Under the pieces are notes generated by a model. That model made no database searches. It was given only the letters and a program-made list of their open reading frames with translations, and was not told where the DNA came from. DNA of 32,000 nt from Aquifex aeolicus VF5 (lineage in GTDB: Bacteria; Aquificota; Aquificia; Aquificales; Aquificaceae): contig NC_000918.1 of assembly GCF_000008625.1 (NCBI RefSeq), positions 840,001 to 872,000 on the forward strand, in the 5' to 3' direction. Of the stretch, positions 21,903 to 31,369 are shown in pieces (the stretch's first letter is position 1; each line of letters opens with the position of its first letter). The translations under genes were made by a program, and so were the position numbers.

Positions 21903-21978
21903 TGGTGGGCGCGGGAGGACTCGAACCCCCAACCGGGCGGTTATGAGCCGCCCGCTCTGCCAATTGAGCTACGCGCCC
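21903..21978 (-). tRNA. tRNA with CAU anticodon (elongator tRNA-Met or tRNA-Ile2), CCA encoded
   Basis: Minus strand gggcgcgtagctcaattggcagagcgggcggCTCATAAccgcccggttgggggttcgagtcctcccgcgcccacca. G1-C72 pairing excludes the initiator. Met versus Ile2 identity is not decidable by eye. Confidence 0.92.
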
Positions 21979-22047
21979 AAGCTAAATAAATATTATACTT
22001 CCTGAACTGGAAAAGTGCAAGATATTACTTAAATTAATTCCTTTGGA

Positions 22048-23118
22048 ATGAGAGTAGCGGTGGGAATGAGCGGTGGCGTTGACAGCAGCGTCACCGCACT
22101 CCTTCTTAAAGAACAGGGACACGACGTAATACGAGTTACTTTGCGCTTTCACACGGTGGAAGCCTGCGAGGTGAACGAAACGCACAACGTCTGTTGCTCT
22201 CCAAAGGACGTTCAGGATGCAAGCAGGGTGGCAAAAAGACTCGGTATTCCACACCTTGTATTTTCATGGGAGGAAATATTTAAAAGTAAAGTAATAGATT
22301 ACTTCGTTGAGGAGTACAAAAGAGGAAGAACGCCAAACCCCTGTGCCCTTTGCAACAGAGAGGTAAAAACGGGTTTCTTTGCACGGTACCTAAAACAAGT
22401 TGCGGATATAGACAAACTCGCAACAGGACACTACGCAAAAATAGAGGAAGATAAGAAGTACGGCCTTGTGATAAAAAGGCCAAAGGACAGGAAAAGGGAT
22501 CAAACTTACTTTTTGTCTCTCGTCAGAAGGGAGGACTTGGAACTCCTCACTTTTCCCCTCGGTGCGTACACAAAAGAGGAAGTAAGGGAGATAGCGAAAA
22601 GGTACGGACTCGAAGTAGCTCAAAAGAGGGATTCTCAGGAAGTGTGCTTCTTGATGGGAAAGAGTCCGGGAGAGTACCTTGAAGGGATTTTGGGAAAACA
22701 GAGGGGACTTATTAAGCACGTTTCGGGAAAAGTTCTCGGTGAGCATGAGGGCGTTTACCGCTACACGATAGGACAGAGAAGGGGACTCGGCATATCTTAC
22801 GGAAAACCTGTTTACGTGATAGACATAGACGCGAAAACTAATACGCTGATAGTAGGAGAAGAAGAATACCTTTACAACGACAAACTCCTCGTTAAGGAGA
22901 TAAACTTCCACGTTCCCTTGGAAAAGTGGGAAAACGTATCCGCTCAAATCAGGTACAGACATAAACCTGTTCCCGTGGAGAGGATAGAAAAAACTGAAGA
23001 AGGGTTCCTCGTTAAGTTCAAGGAGGATGTTCGAGGAATTACACCGGGACAGGTGGTAGCCTTTTACGACGGAGACGTGCTTTTGGGCGGAGGGATAATT
23101 GAAGAAAGCGTAAAGTGA
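22048..23118 (+). CDS. mnmA: tRNA 2-thiouridylase
   Basis: MRVAVGMSGGVDSSVTALLLKEQGHDVIRVTLR, NPCALCNREVK, TGHYAK, DQTYFL and SQEVCF motifs. Confidence 0.95.
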   Translation: MRVAVGMSGGVDSSVTALLLKEQGHDVIRVTLRFHTVEACEVNETHNVCCSPKDVQDASRVAKRLGIPHLVFSWEEIFKSKVIDYFVEEYKRGRTPNPCALCNREVKTGFFARYLKQVADIDKLATGHYAKIEEDKKYGLVIKRPKDRKRDQTYFLSLVRREDLELLTFPLGAYTKEEVREIAKRYGLEVAQKRDSQEVCFLMGKSPGEYLEGILGKQRGLIKHVSGKVLGEHEGVYRYTIGQRRGLGISYGKPVYVIDIDAKTNTLIVGEEEYLYNDKLLVKEINFHVPLEKWENVSAQIRYRHKPVPVERIEKTEEGFLVKFKEDVRGITPGQVVAFYDGDVLLGGGIIEESVK

Positions 23119-23159
23119 GGTTATACTATTTAGCTTGAATCCTTTGAGGAGGTAAGGGA

Positions 23160-24362
23160 TTGAAAAACATAGTAGTTACCCCCATGACCTTTGAACCCGT
23201 TTACGAGCAAGATGCGGAAATTGTTGAAAGAAAAGGCATAGGTCACCCGGACACCATATGCGACTATCTGGCGGAAGAGCTCTCCGTTGCGCTTTCAAAA
23301 CTTTACATAGAGAGATTCGGGGCTATTATGCACCACAACGTGGATAAAGCCCTTCTGGTAGGTGGTGAGGCGAATCCCGTTTTCGGCGGAGGAGAGGTAA
23401 TATCCCCCATAGAGATATACCTCGTAGGAAGAGCTCTCAAGGAGTACAAGGGGGTAACGATTCCCGCAGAAGAGCTCGCGATAGAAGTGGCAAGGGAGTG
23501 GCTGAAAGATAACATAAGGAACCTTGATCCTGACACACACGTGATAATAAAGCCAAGGATTAAGCCCGGAAGCAAGGACCTGGTGGACCTTTTTCTGAGA
23601 TTTCAACAAAAGGGAGAGGTTCCCCTAGCCAACGATACCTCCTTTGGAGTAGGCTTTGCACCCCTTGACGACCTAGAGAGAATAGTCTTCGAAACGGAAC
23701 AGCTCCTTAACTCTCCTTCCTTTAAAGAAAATCACCCTTACGTCGGAGAAGACATAAAGGTAATGGGAGTGAGGATAAAGGATAAGGTCAGGATTACGAT
23801 AGCTTGTGCCTTCGTTAGCAAGTACGTTGAAAACATTCAGGATTACCTGGAAAAGAAAGAGCACGTAAGAAGAATAGTTGAGGAAATGGCACAGGGTTTG
23901 ACGCAGAGACAGGTAGAAGTTTTCATAAACACCGCGGACGATCCTGAAAGGGAAAGCGTCTACATAACCGTTACCGGAACCTCTGCGGAACAGGGAGACG
24001 ACGGACAGGTGGGAAGGGGAAACAGAGTAAACGGACTCATTACTCCTTACAGACCCATGAGCCTGGAAGCCGCGGCGGGTAAGAACCCCGTTTCCCATAT
24101 AGGGAAGATTTACAACGTCGTTGCCAATGTGATAGCGGACAGGGTAGTGAGTGAAATAGAAGAGGTTGAAGAAGCGTACTGCTACCTTGTTTCCCAGATA
24201 GGAAAACCTATAAACGAACCGCAGGTGTGTGACGTAAAGGTTAGAACGAAGAAAGATTTAAAGAGCCTTGAAGAGGAAATAAAGAGGATCGCTCAGGAAG
24301 AACTCGAAAAGATGCCCGAAACTTGGAAGAAGTTCCTCAACAGGGAGTATGCGGTAGCCTAA
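23160..24362 (+). CDS. S-adenosylmethionine synthetase, archaeal-type
   Basis: TTG start after an SD (gaggaggtaag). ERKGIGHPDTICDYLAEELSVALSKLY, TGTSAEQGDDGQVGRGNRVNGLITPYRPMSLEAAAGKNPVSHIGKIYN matches the archaeal AdoMet synthetase family, not bacterial MetK. Confidence 0.93.
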   Translation: MKNIVVTPMTFEPVYEQDAEIVERKGIGHPDTICDYLAEELSVALSKLYIERFGAIMHHNVDKALLVGGEANPVFGGGEVISPIEIYLVGRALKEYKGVTIPAEELAIEVAREWLKDNIRNLDPDTHVIIKPRIKPGSKDLVDLFLRFQQKGEVPLANDTSFGVGFAPLDDLERIVFETEQLLNSPSFKENHPYVGEDIKVMGVRIKDKVRITIACAFVSKYVENIQDYLEKKEHVRRIVEEMAQGLTQRQVEVFINTADDPERESVYITVTGTSAEQGDDGQVGRGNRVNGLITPYRPMSLEAAAGKNPVSHIGKIYNVVANVIADRVVSEIEEVEEAYCYLVSQIGKPINEPQVCDVKVRTKKDLKSLEEEIKRIAQEELEKMPETWKKFLNREYAVA

Positions 24363-24400
24363 GGTAAGGTTAATACTATCTAACGTGTAAAATATTCTTT

Positions 24401-25579
24401 ATGCTTACTAAGGAAGAAAAAAAGGTAGTTAGCGGAATAACCTTCGTCGTAGTTGCCCGCTTTCTCGGGCTCTTTTTACTGCTACCCGTTCTCGCACCTT
24501 ACGTTAAGAACCTTCCCGGAAGCACTCCACTCCTGACAGGTCTGGCGGTGGGCATATACGGTCTGACTCAGGCTCTCCTTCAGATTCCCTTCGGATACCT
24601 CTCGGACAAGTACTCAAGGAAAGGAGTTATATCCTTCGGACTCCTTGTGTACGCTCTCGGGAGTTTTCTCGGAGGGATAGCTCAAAACATATGGATGATG
24701 CTCTTTGCCCGTTTCTTACAGGGGGCAGGAGCTATATCTTCCGCTGCGATAGCTCTGGCTGCAGATCTCATAAGGGAAGAAGTAAGAACCGTAACCTTTG
24801 CTCATATAGGTGCAGCCATAGGTATGTCCTTTGCCTTCAGTATCGTGGCGGCTCCTTTCCTGGCGGGACACTTCGGAGTTCCCTTCATCTTCTTCCTGAC
24901 GGGAGGACTTTCACTATTAGCTTTACTTTACCTCTGGATCTTCATAAAAGAACCCCAACGGCACGAGAAGGAAATTGAGCCCTTCTTAAAGCTTCTTCCC
25001 CAAATACTCAGAGATAAAAATCAAATGGCTGTGGACCTATCAATAGGGATTTTGCACCTCTTTCTTGTGTCCATATTCACAGTAATTCCCGTAGAACTCA
25101 TAGAAAGGTTTAACTTTCCGAAGCCCGAGCACTGGAAGATATACCTTCCCGTGATAATTATCTCCCTCGCCATAATGGTTCCCGCGATAATAGCTGCGGA
25201 GAGAAAAGGAAAAATGAAGCCTGTATTTCTGGCGGGTATCGCCTTTGTAGCCCTCGGATTTGCATCTCACCTGATCCTCCAGGACTTCTGGGGAGCTGTG
25301 CTTTTACTTCTCTTTTTCTTCATAGGGTTTCACCTGATGGAACCTATCCTTCCCTCTATGCTTACCAAGTTTGCGGGACCTGAGAGGAGAGGGATAGCTG
25401 TAGGTGTTTACAACACCGTGCAGTTCAGCGGAGCGTTTATAGGGGGATTTCTCGGAGGACTTTTCTTAAAACTCGGAGCTGTTTACATGCTCTTAACTAA
25501 CCTGTTACTTTCCCTTGTATGGCTTCTCGGTATAGGAATCTGGATTAAAAACGTTGAAATAAAAAAGAGAAGCACTTGA
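24401..25579 (+). CDS. Major facilitator superfamily transporter
   Basis: 12-TM pattern; GLAVGIYGLTQALLQIPFGYLSDKYSRKGVISFGLLVYALGSFLGG and ARFLQGAGAISSAAIALAADL. Confidence 0.88.
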   Translation: MLTKEEKKVVSGITFVVVARFLGLFLLLPVLAPYVKNLPGSTPLLTGLAVGIYGLTQALLQIPFGYLSDKYSRKGVISFGLLVYALGSFLGGIAQNIWMMLFARFLQGAGAISSAAIALAADLIREEVRTVTFAHIGAAIGMSFAFSIVAAPFLAGHFGVPFIFFLTGGLSLLALLYLWIFIKEPQRHEKEIEPFLKLLPQILRDKNQMAVDLSIGILHLFLVSIFTVIPVELIERFNFPKPEHWKIYLPVIIISLAIMVPAIIAAERKGKMKPVFLAGIAFVALGFASHLILQDFWGAVLLLLFFFIGFHLMEPILPSMLTKFAGPERRGIAVGVYNTVQFSGAFIGGFLGGLFLKLGAVYMLLTNLLLSLVWLLGIGIWIKNVEIKKRST

Positions 25580-25608
25580 ACCCCGAGCCCCCTCTCCCTC
25601 ACAAGTTT

Positions 25609-26352
25609 TTAAACGTGTGCCAGTGCGTGTGCCTCAAACTTTACCTTTTTGATGTTCATACCAGGTTTAAAGAAGAGTATCGCAACCTCCTCGTTTTTCT
25701 TTATTGCTTCTTTTATCGCTTCCGGATCTTTTTCCGTTTTCAGGAGTGTCCTCCAGGCGAAGAAGTGCTTTATGTGATGGAAGTCCGAATTAGCCACGAA
25801 CCTGCATCCCTTAAGTCCTACGGTGTTTTGTAGGTCGTACTGGTTCGCTATTTCCCAAGCGTCAAAAAGCTCCTTGTAGTAATCCATATTCTCGTAAAGG
25901 TGCTTCGATAAGTGCTCCCTGTCCGTGTTCTTCTTCTCGGGATGGGCAGCTATACTTATTCCGTCGTTTTCCCTTACAATCTTCAGTATCTCTTCTACGC
26001 TTAAGGAAGGATCTATGTACTCGTAAACGTCTAAAACTACTATGTGGTACAGATCCGTGTTGTTCGTGACTTCAAAACCCGGAATTAGGAGCATCCTGTA
26101 CTCGTTCCATGCCCTTTTTTGTTCTTCCTTTAAGACTTTCATATAATCCTTAAAGTTTTCCTCTGTAACCGAAGGTACTTTTGTTCCCCTTTCACGGAGC
26201 TTGCTAAGATATGTAGGATCAAAGACGTGATCCGTTATCGCTATTACGTCAAATCCGTGGCTTCCGTAAAGATCCACAACGTCTCTTAAAGACAAGCTTC
26301 CATCGCTCATTTCGGTGTGTATGTGAAAGTCACAAAGGAGCCACTCTTCCAT
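25609..26352 (-). CDS. PHP-domain metal-dependent phosphoesterase family protein
   Basis: LLCDFHIHTEMSDGSLSLRDVVDLYGSHGFDVIAITDHV, ISIAAHPEKK and FVANSDFHHIKHF metal-binding motifs. Confidence 0.85.
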   Translation of the reverse strand: MEEWLLCDFHIHTEMSDGSLSLRDVVDLYGSHGFDVIAITDHVFDPTYLSKLRERGTKVPSVTEENFKDYMKVLKEEQKRAWNEYRMLLIPGFEVTNNTDLYHIVVLDVYEYIDPSLSVEEILKIVRENDGISIAAHPEKKNTDREHLSKHLYENMDYYKELFDAWEIANQYDLQNTVGLKGCRFVANSDFHHIKHFFAWRTLLKTEKDPEAIKEAIKKNEEVAILFFKPGMNIKKVKFEAHALAHV

Positions 26353-26419
26353 GACATCTCCCTCCGAACTTTGCTACTTTTTTATTTACCCCTCCCCTGT
26401 TAAGAAAGAGTTAAGAACA

Positions 26420-26647
26420 TTAACCTTCCATTTCGTTTACAGTGGCTCCGTCTATTAAGCCGTGTTCTATTGCCACTTGAATTTGAGCAAGTTCCTCATC
26501 AGATGGTCTCTCGCCTTTGAGAACCTGTCTGATAAACTCCTCGGTAACCTGCTCCACGACTTCTTCGTTTATTTCATCTACATGAAGTTCGTCCCTTTCA
26601 GCAACAAACCTGCCGAAATTTACAGCCAACGTATGTATATCCTGCAC
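26420..26647 (-). CDS. Hypothetical small acidic protein
   Basis: 75 aa ORF with a GTG start and RBS-like ggaggt upstream. Coding-like composition; no family recognised. Confidence 0.5.
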   Translation of the reverse strand: MQDIHTLAVNFGRFVAERDELHVDEINEEVVEQVTEEFIRQVLKGERPSDEELAQIQVAIEHGLIDGATVNEMEG

Positions 26648-26713
26648 GATAAACCTCCGTAAAGTTTTTAGAAGAATTATCGGGAAGGAAAGGAGGGAAG
26701 AAAAGGAGGAATA

Positions 26714-27727
26714 TCAGTAAATGGAGATTCTCGTTTCTTTTCTTTCCATGTAACCCTTTCTGAGCTTGTAGCCCTCTTCGGGGTAAAGACCGTAGAAGAG
26801 GTTCTGGACGTGGTTCCCTTCAACGAAGAAGCACCACCTTTCAATGGCACTTCCCGCAAGGATAGATAGGTATATCAGAACCAGAAGTGGCAGGTTAACT
26901 ACGTCCGTAACGTAGATGTATATGAGGAGGAAGAGCGGAATTACGAAGGTAAAGAGATAAGCCAGAGGTATGAACGTGGGAAGCATTTGCTTTCCTTTTG
27001 CGTAATAAAACTCGGTGGTACAGTAGTTGTCTGTGGTGGAGCTCTTGTCTATAACCCTTATGGATCTGTTGTGGGGAAGGTTGAGTGCTTCGTTGAGGGT
27101 GGGTCTCTTTATGTAAAACTGCCTTACGTTAAAGGCTATCCTGAACCCGAGTCCGAGGAGTACGAACAGGAACGTCAGGAATAAGAAAGTTCCTGTGTAG
27201 GGAAGGTTGTAGAAGTAAGAGATTATCGTAAAGGCTGAAGAGCCCAGCATTAAGTACATGAGGAGGTAGTAAATGACCGTTATTCCCGTGTTCCACTCAA
27301 GGACAAACTTGTTGGAAGCGTAAATCATAGCTGTGGAAAAACCGCTCAAGATACCTAAAATCCACGTAATTATCCCGAAGGTGTGTTCGAGGAAGGGGGA
27401 AACTTCAAAGTATTTGAGTACCAAGTAAATGAGGAGAGTAAATCCGTAAGCTCCGCTAAATACCGCTTCTCTGGAAAGCCAAGAGGTGTTGAAACGCTTT
27501 ATTGCCTTCCAGGCTCTCAGTTTGTGTCCAAGGTGGAAGGAGGCTCCTATCGCTCCCGCACCTATGAGGATTAAGCTAATCACTCCAGAAACTAAAACTA
27601 CTTCTTTGGGAAGTCCCTGCCCTTTTCCGAAGAGGGTTAAAAACTCAATGAAGTAAGTGAAAATGAAAAGACCTATTGAAGTTCCGGCCGTGAGGAAAAA
27701 GAATATCAAGGAAATCGGCGGGTGCAT
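26714..27727 (-). CDS. NrfD/DmsC-like membrane anchor subunit of molybdopterin oxidoreductase (PsrC/SreC-like)
   Basis: 337 aa, multi-TM; MHPPISLIFFFLTAGTSIGLFIFTY, REAVFSGAYGFTL and AGSAIERWCFFVEGNHVQNLFYG. Third gene behind the A and B subunits. Confidence 0.8.
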   Translation of the reverse strand: MHPPISLIFFFLTAGTSIGLFIFTYFIEFLTLFGKGQGLPKEVVLVSGVISLILIGAGAIGASFHLGHKLRAWKAIKRFNTSWLSREAVFSGAYGFTLLIYLVLKYFEVSPFLEHTFGIITWILGILSGFSTAMIYASNKFVLEWNTGITVIYYLLMYLMLGSSAFTIISYFYNLPYTGTFLFLTFLFVLLGLGFRIAFNVRQFYIKRPTLNEALNLPHNRSIRVIDKSSTTDNYCTTEFYYAKGKQMLPTFIPLAYLFTFVIPLFLLIYIYVTDVVNLPLLVLIYLSILAGSAIERWCFFVEGNHVQNLFYGLYPEEGYKLRKGYMERKETRISIY

Positions 27728-27742
27728 TTCTTTACCTCCTTT

Positions 27743-28507
27743 TTATGGTAATTCTTCAGAATGTGTTACTTCCTCTTGAGGTGTTTCCTGTGCTTGAGCC
27801 TTTGAAGAGGTGTGGTGTCTCCTCATAACTTCCAGGAAGAGCGGGTTGTCGGGCTTTAGTATGTGCTTTTCAAACTCTTCAAGGTTTATCCTCGTTTCCT
27901 GTCTCGGGAGGTAGTGGTTTGCCGGGTTCGTTCCCATATCGGGGAAGAGGACAAATCCGTTTCTTTCCTTAATGAGTTTGTAAACCTCGCTGTTTGGGTC
28001 TTCTATGTCTCCGAAGAACCTCGCCCTCGCGGGACAAGTGAGAACGCACGCGGGCTGTCTGTGTTCGGGAGGAAGTGTCTCGTCGTAAATCCTGTCTATA
28101 CAGAGGGTACACTTCTTCATTACCTTGTCCGCCTCGTCAAACTCCCTGCAACCGTAAGGACATGCCCAGGAACATAGCTTACAACCTATACAGTCGTCGT
28201 AGTTCACGAGAACTATTCCGTCCTGTTCCCTTTTGTAGCTTGCTCCCGTAGGGCAAACGGGAACGCAGGGAGCGTCCTGACAGTGGAGACATGATTTTGG
28301 AAGGTGAAAGACCTGCGTTTCGGGGAACTCTCCCGTTTCGTAAGTGAATATCCTGTTGTACCAGACTCCTGAAGCTTCCCTTCCGTAGGGGTCGTAATCG
28401 GATAAGGGCCCGAAAGCCGCCTGAGTGTTCCACTCTTTGCAATTCGTCGCACAGGCGTGACAACCAACACAGGTGTTCAAATCTATAACGAGCGCGTACT
28501 GAGGCAT
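27743..28507 (-). CDS. 4Fe-4S electron-transfer subunit (PsrB/DmsB/SreB-like)
   Basis: CVGCHACATNCKEWN, CLHCQDAPCVPVCPTGASY, CIGCKLCSWACPYGC and CTLCIDR...PACVLTCPARARFFGD: four cysteine clusters. Confidence 0.92.
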   Translation of the reverse strand: MPQYALVIDLNTCVGCHACATNCKEWNTQAAFGPLSDYDPYGREASGVWYNRIFTYETGEFPETQVFHLPKSCLHCQDAPCVPVCPTGASYKREQDGIVLVNYDDCIGCKLCSWACPYGCREFDEADKVMKKCTLCIDRIYDETLPPEHRQPACVLTCPARARFFGDIEDPNSEVYKLIKERNGFVLFPDMGTNPANHYLPRQETRINLEEFEKHILKPDNPLFLEVMRRHHTSSKAQAQETPQEEVTHSEELP

Positions 28508-28519
28508 TTTTACACCTCC

Positions 28520-31369
28520 TTAAGGTTTATACCTGAGAACGTCAACCCACCTCTCCTTTATGTAAGGCAGAGGCTCTACTTTAAACTCGGGATAAGTTTC
28601 GGGTGTTTGATCTTCTGCTTTGTAAACTCTGACTTTCGTGTCAAACCAGGCAAGGTGTCCGGTTATCGGGTCTCCGTAGTAGAACTCTTTTCCGTTCATC
28701 TTTATGGAGTGGGGAATTACGTGGTTTAGAAGGAATCCCTGATGTCCTTCTTCCGCTTCGGGTTTTAATCCCCAGGCTCCTATCATCTTACCTATGGCGT
28801 TCCAGGTCCATACGGAATTGGGCTCCGTGCACTCGGTAAGGAATACCTGACACTTAACCCTTCCTATTCTCGACTCTACCCATACCCAGTCAAGGTGCTT
28901 TATTCCGAGCTTTTTAGCGGTTTTTGGATTCATGTAAAGATAGTTTCTCGTTGATATCTGCCTGAGCCATGCGTTTTGAGAGTCCCAGGAGTGATACATC
29001 CACTGGGGTCTCTTTGTAAAGGCGTAGAGGGGATAATCTTTTCCGCTGACTTCTTCTTCAAAGGGCGGGTACCAGAAGGGTAGCGGGTCAAAGTACCTTA
29101 CGAGCCTCTCCCTGATTGCCGGGTCGTTGGGAGGTTGATTTTCCCCTTCCCAGAGCCCCTGACCCGCGAGTCTAAACTTTTGTAGTGTTTCCACGTAGAA
29201 GTTCATTATTATCGGGTCCGTTCTCTTTACGAACTTCACGCTCTTTGCCCACTCAAGATAATCCTTGTTAACGTGCCTGTAATACCTCATGTGTTCGGGA
29301 AGTGGGTAGTAGAAGAATCCTTTATTCTTTGCGTACATCTCAAGCTGGTTGGGATTGGGTTCACCTACGAAGTGTTTATCGCCATTCTTTCCTCTCCATC
29401 CCGCAAGTGCTCCCACTCCGGGTTGAGGTTGCCAGTTTATGAGGAAGTCTTTCCAATCTTTGTACTTAGGTGTTCCGTCCTCATTTAAGAATCCCGGAAG
29501 TCCCAGCTTCGTTCCCAGTCTTACCATTACCTCTCCCCACGGGAGCACGTCCAGTTTTTCACCTTTGAGGTCCTGCGGTTCCACTATGGGTTGTCTTATG
29601 GCGTCAACGGGTCCCGATGCCACGGAAGGCGGTCTGTCCAGAAGTGAGAGTGCGAACCACTGTTCTAAGTAGGTGGCGTCGGGTAGAACTAAATCGGAGT
29701 ATGCAACCATTTCACTGTAGAAAGCGTCTATCGTGATTATCTTTGGGATTATGTAGTTTCCGCTGGCATCTTTTGCGGTAAGGGCCTCCAGTATGTAGGG
29801 AATGTTCTGGGAGGAGTTCCAAGCCATGTTAGCCATGTAAATCATAAGAACTTCTATGTCGTAGGGATCCTTCTGGTATGCCGCGGGGATTACGTTCTGT
29901 ATGCAACCGTGAGCCGCTATCGGAAACTCCCAGCTGTAAGCCCTGTCTATTCTTAAGGGATTTCCTTTCTCGTCCACGAGGAGGTCGTCAGGGCTTTGTG
30001 GTATTCCGAGGTGAGGTCCGTAAGGTTTTCCAAATTCAAGTTCATCAAGGGATTTTATCTTCTTGGGTTTGGGTAGGTCTTCTATGTGTTTGGGATAGGG
30101 TGGTTTTGCGAGGTGTCCGCCGGGTCTGTCTATGCAACCTAGGAGCATCATAAGGACAAATACAGCCCTTGCGGTCTGGTATCCGTTTGTGTGGGAAGCT
30201 ATTCCCCTCATTATGTGGAAGGAAACTGGTCTTCCCACCATCTTCTTGTGCTTTCTGCCCCAGACGTCTGTCCACTCTATCGGGAGTTCTATGGGGTTGT
30301 AAAGAGCCGTAACACCGAGTTCCTTTGCTATTCTCTCTATCGTTTCCGCAGGAATTCCTGTAATCTTTTCAACTTTTTCGGGCGTATAGTCCTTAACAAT
30401 TCTTTCTGCGAAGATATCAAAGGCGGGTCTTACCTTGTATCCTTCTGGCGTTTCAAATTCTCCTATAAACGCGGGATCAAGGTCCTCGGGAACTATCCTG
30501 TCTGCGGGTTTGAAGGAGTTGGACTTTTTGTCAAATACCATGGGCTTTCCTTCTTCATTCCTGTAGAAGAGTCCGTCCTTGGGTGTTCCAGGTGCTTGAA
30601 TTACGAGCCAGGGGGCGTTCGTGAACTCTTTCAAGAATTCCCAATCTATCAGGTTGTACTTAAATAGAACGTGTGCGAGGCCTAAGATAAAGGCTCCGTC
30701 CGTTCCGGGCTTTATGGGAACCCACTCGTCTGCTATCGCCCCGTAACTCCACCTTACAGGATTTACGAATACGAACTTTCCGCCTCTTCTCTTTAATTCC
30801 TGAATTCCGAGCTTAAAGGGATTAGAAGCATGGTCTTCCGCAACACCAATCATCATGAAGTACTTGGTGTGCTCAAAGTCCGGGTCCCCGAACTCCCAGA
30901 AGGAGTATCCTACTGACATCAGTCCTGCTGCTGCAACGTTTACAGAACAAAATCCTCCGTGAGCTGCCCAGTTCAGCGTTCCTATCTGTCCTGCAAACCA
31001 GCCGTTTATGGCCTGCATCTGGTCCCTTCCGGTGAAGAAAGCGACCTTTGAGGGGTTTTTCTGAGCCGCTTCCTTAATCCACTTTGCTGCAATCTCTAAA
31101 GCTTCGTCCCACTCTATTTCTTTAAACTGTCCTGAACCTCTCGGTCCTACTCTTAAGAGGGGTTTTCTCAATCTTGCGGGGGAGTATTCCTTCATTATTC
31201 CGGAAGAACCCTTAGCACAGAGAACTCCTTTGTTAAGCGGGTGGTCGTCGTTTCCTTTTATGTATGTAACTTTTCCGTTTCTGACGTAAACTTCTATACC
31301 GCACCTGCACGCACACATATAACAGGTGCTGTAATACTTCCTTTCGTAAAAACTACCGCCTATTTCCAT
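28520..31369 (-). CDS. Molybdopterin oxidoreductase catalytic subunit (polysulfide/sulfur reductase-like, PsrA/SreA)
   Basis: MEIGGSFYERKYYSTCYMCACRCGIEVYVRNGKVTYIKGNDDHPLNKGVLCAKG, and a C-terminal molybdopterin dinucleotide-binding domain. The ORF track starts at 31474, but the ATG at 31369 has an aggaggg SD. Confidence 0.88.
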   Translation of the reverse strand: MEIGGSFYERKYYSTCYMCACRCGIEVYVRNGKVTYIKGNDDHPLNKGVLCAKGSSGIMKEYSPARLRKPLLRVGPRGSGQFKEIEWDEALEIAAKWIKEAAQKNPSKVAFFTGRDQMQAINGWFAGQIGTLNWAAHGGFCSVNVAAAGLMSVGYSFWEFGDPDFEHTKYFMMIGVAEDHASNPFKLGIQELKRRGGKFVFVNPVRWSYGAIADEWVPIKPGTDGAFILGLAHVLFKYNLIDWEFLKEFTNAPWLVIQAPGTPKDGLFYRNEEGKPMVFDKKSNSFKPADRIVPEDLDPAFIGEFETPEGYKVRPAFDIFAERIVKDYTPEKVEKITGIPAETIERIAKELGVTALYNPIELPIEWTDVWGRKHKKMVGRPVSFHIMRGIASHTNGYQTARAVFVLMMLLGCIDRPGGHLAKPPYPKHIEDLPKPKKIKSLDELEFGKPYGPHLGIPQSPDDLLVDEKGNPLRIDRAYSWEFPIAAHGCIQNVIPAAYQKDPYDIEVLMIYMANMAWNSSQNIPYILEALTAKDASGNYIIPKIITIDAFYSEMVAYSDLVLPDATYLEQWFALSLLDRPPSVASGPVDAIRQPIVEPQDLKGEKLDVLPWGEVMVRLGTKLGLPGFLNEDGTPKYKDWKDFLINWQPQPGVGALAGWRGKNGDKHFVGEPNPNQLEMYAKNKGFFYYPLPEHMRYYRHVNKDYLEWAKSVKFVKRTDPIIMNFYVETLQKFRLAGQGLWEGENQPPNDPAIRERLVRYFDPLPFWYPPFEEEVSGKDYPLYAFTKRPQWMYHSWDSQNAWLRQISTRNYLYMNPKTAKKLGIKHLDWVWVESRIGRVKCQVFLTECTEPNSVWTWNAIGKMIGAWGLKPEAEEGHQGFLLNHVIPHSIKMNGKEFYYGDPITGHLAWFDTKVRVYKAEDQTPETYPEFKVEPLPYIKERWVDVLRYKP

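Noticed and set aside
23119-23159. Possible SAM riboswitch upstream of the S-adenosylmethionine synthetase
   Set aside because: The intergenic space is only about 40 nt and consists mostly of an RBS region, too short for a SAM riboswitch aptamer.
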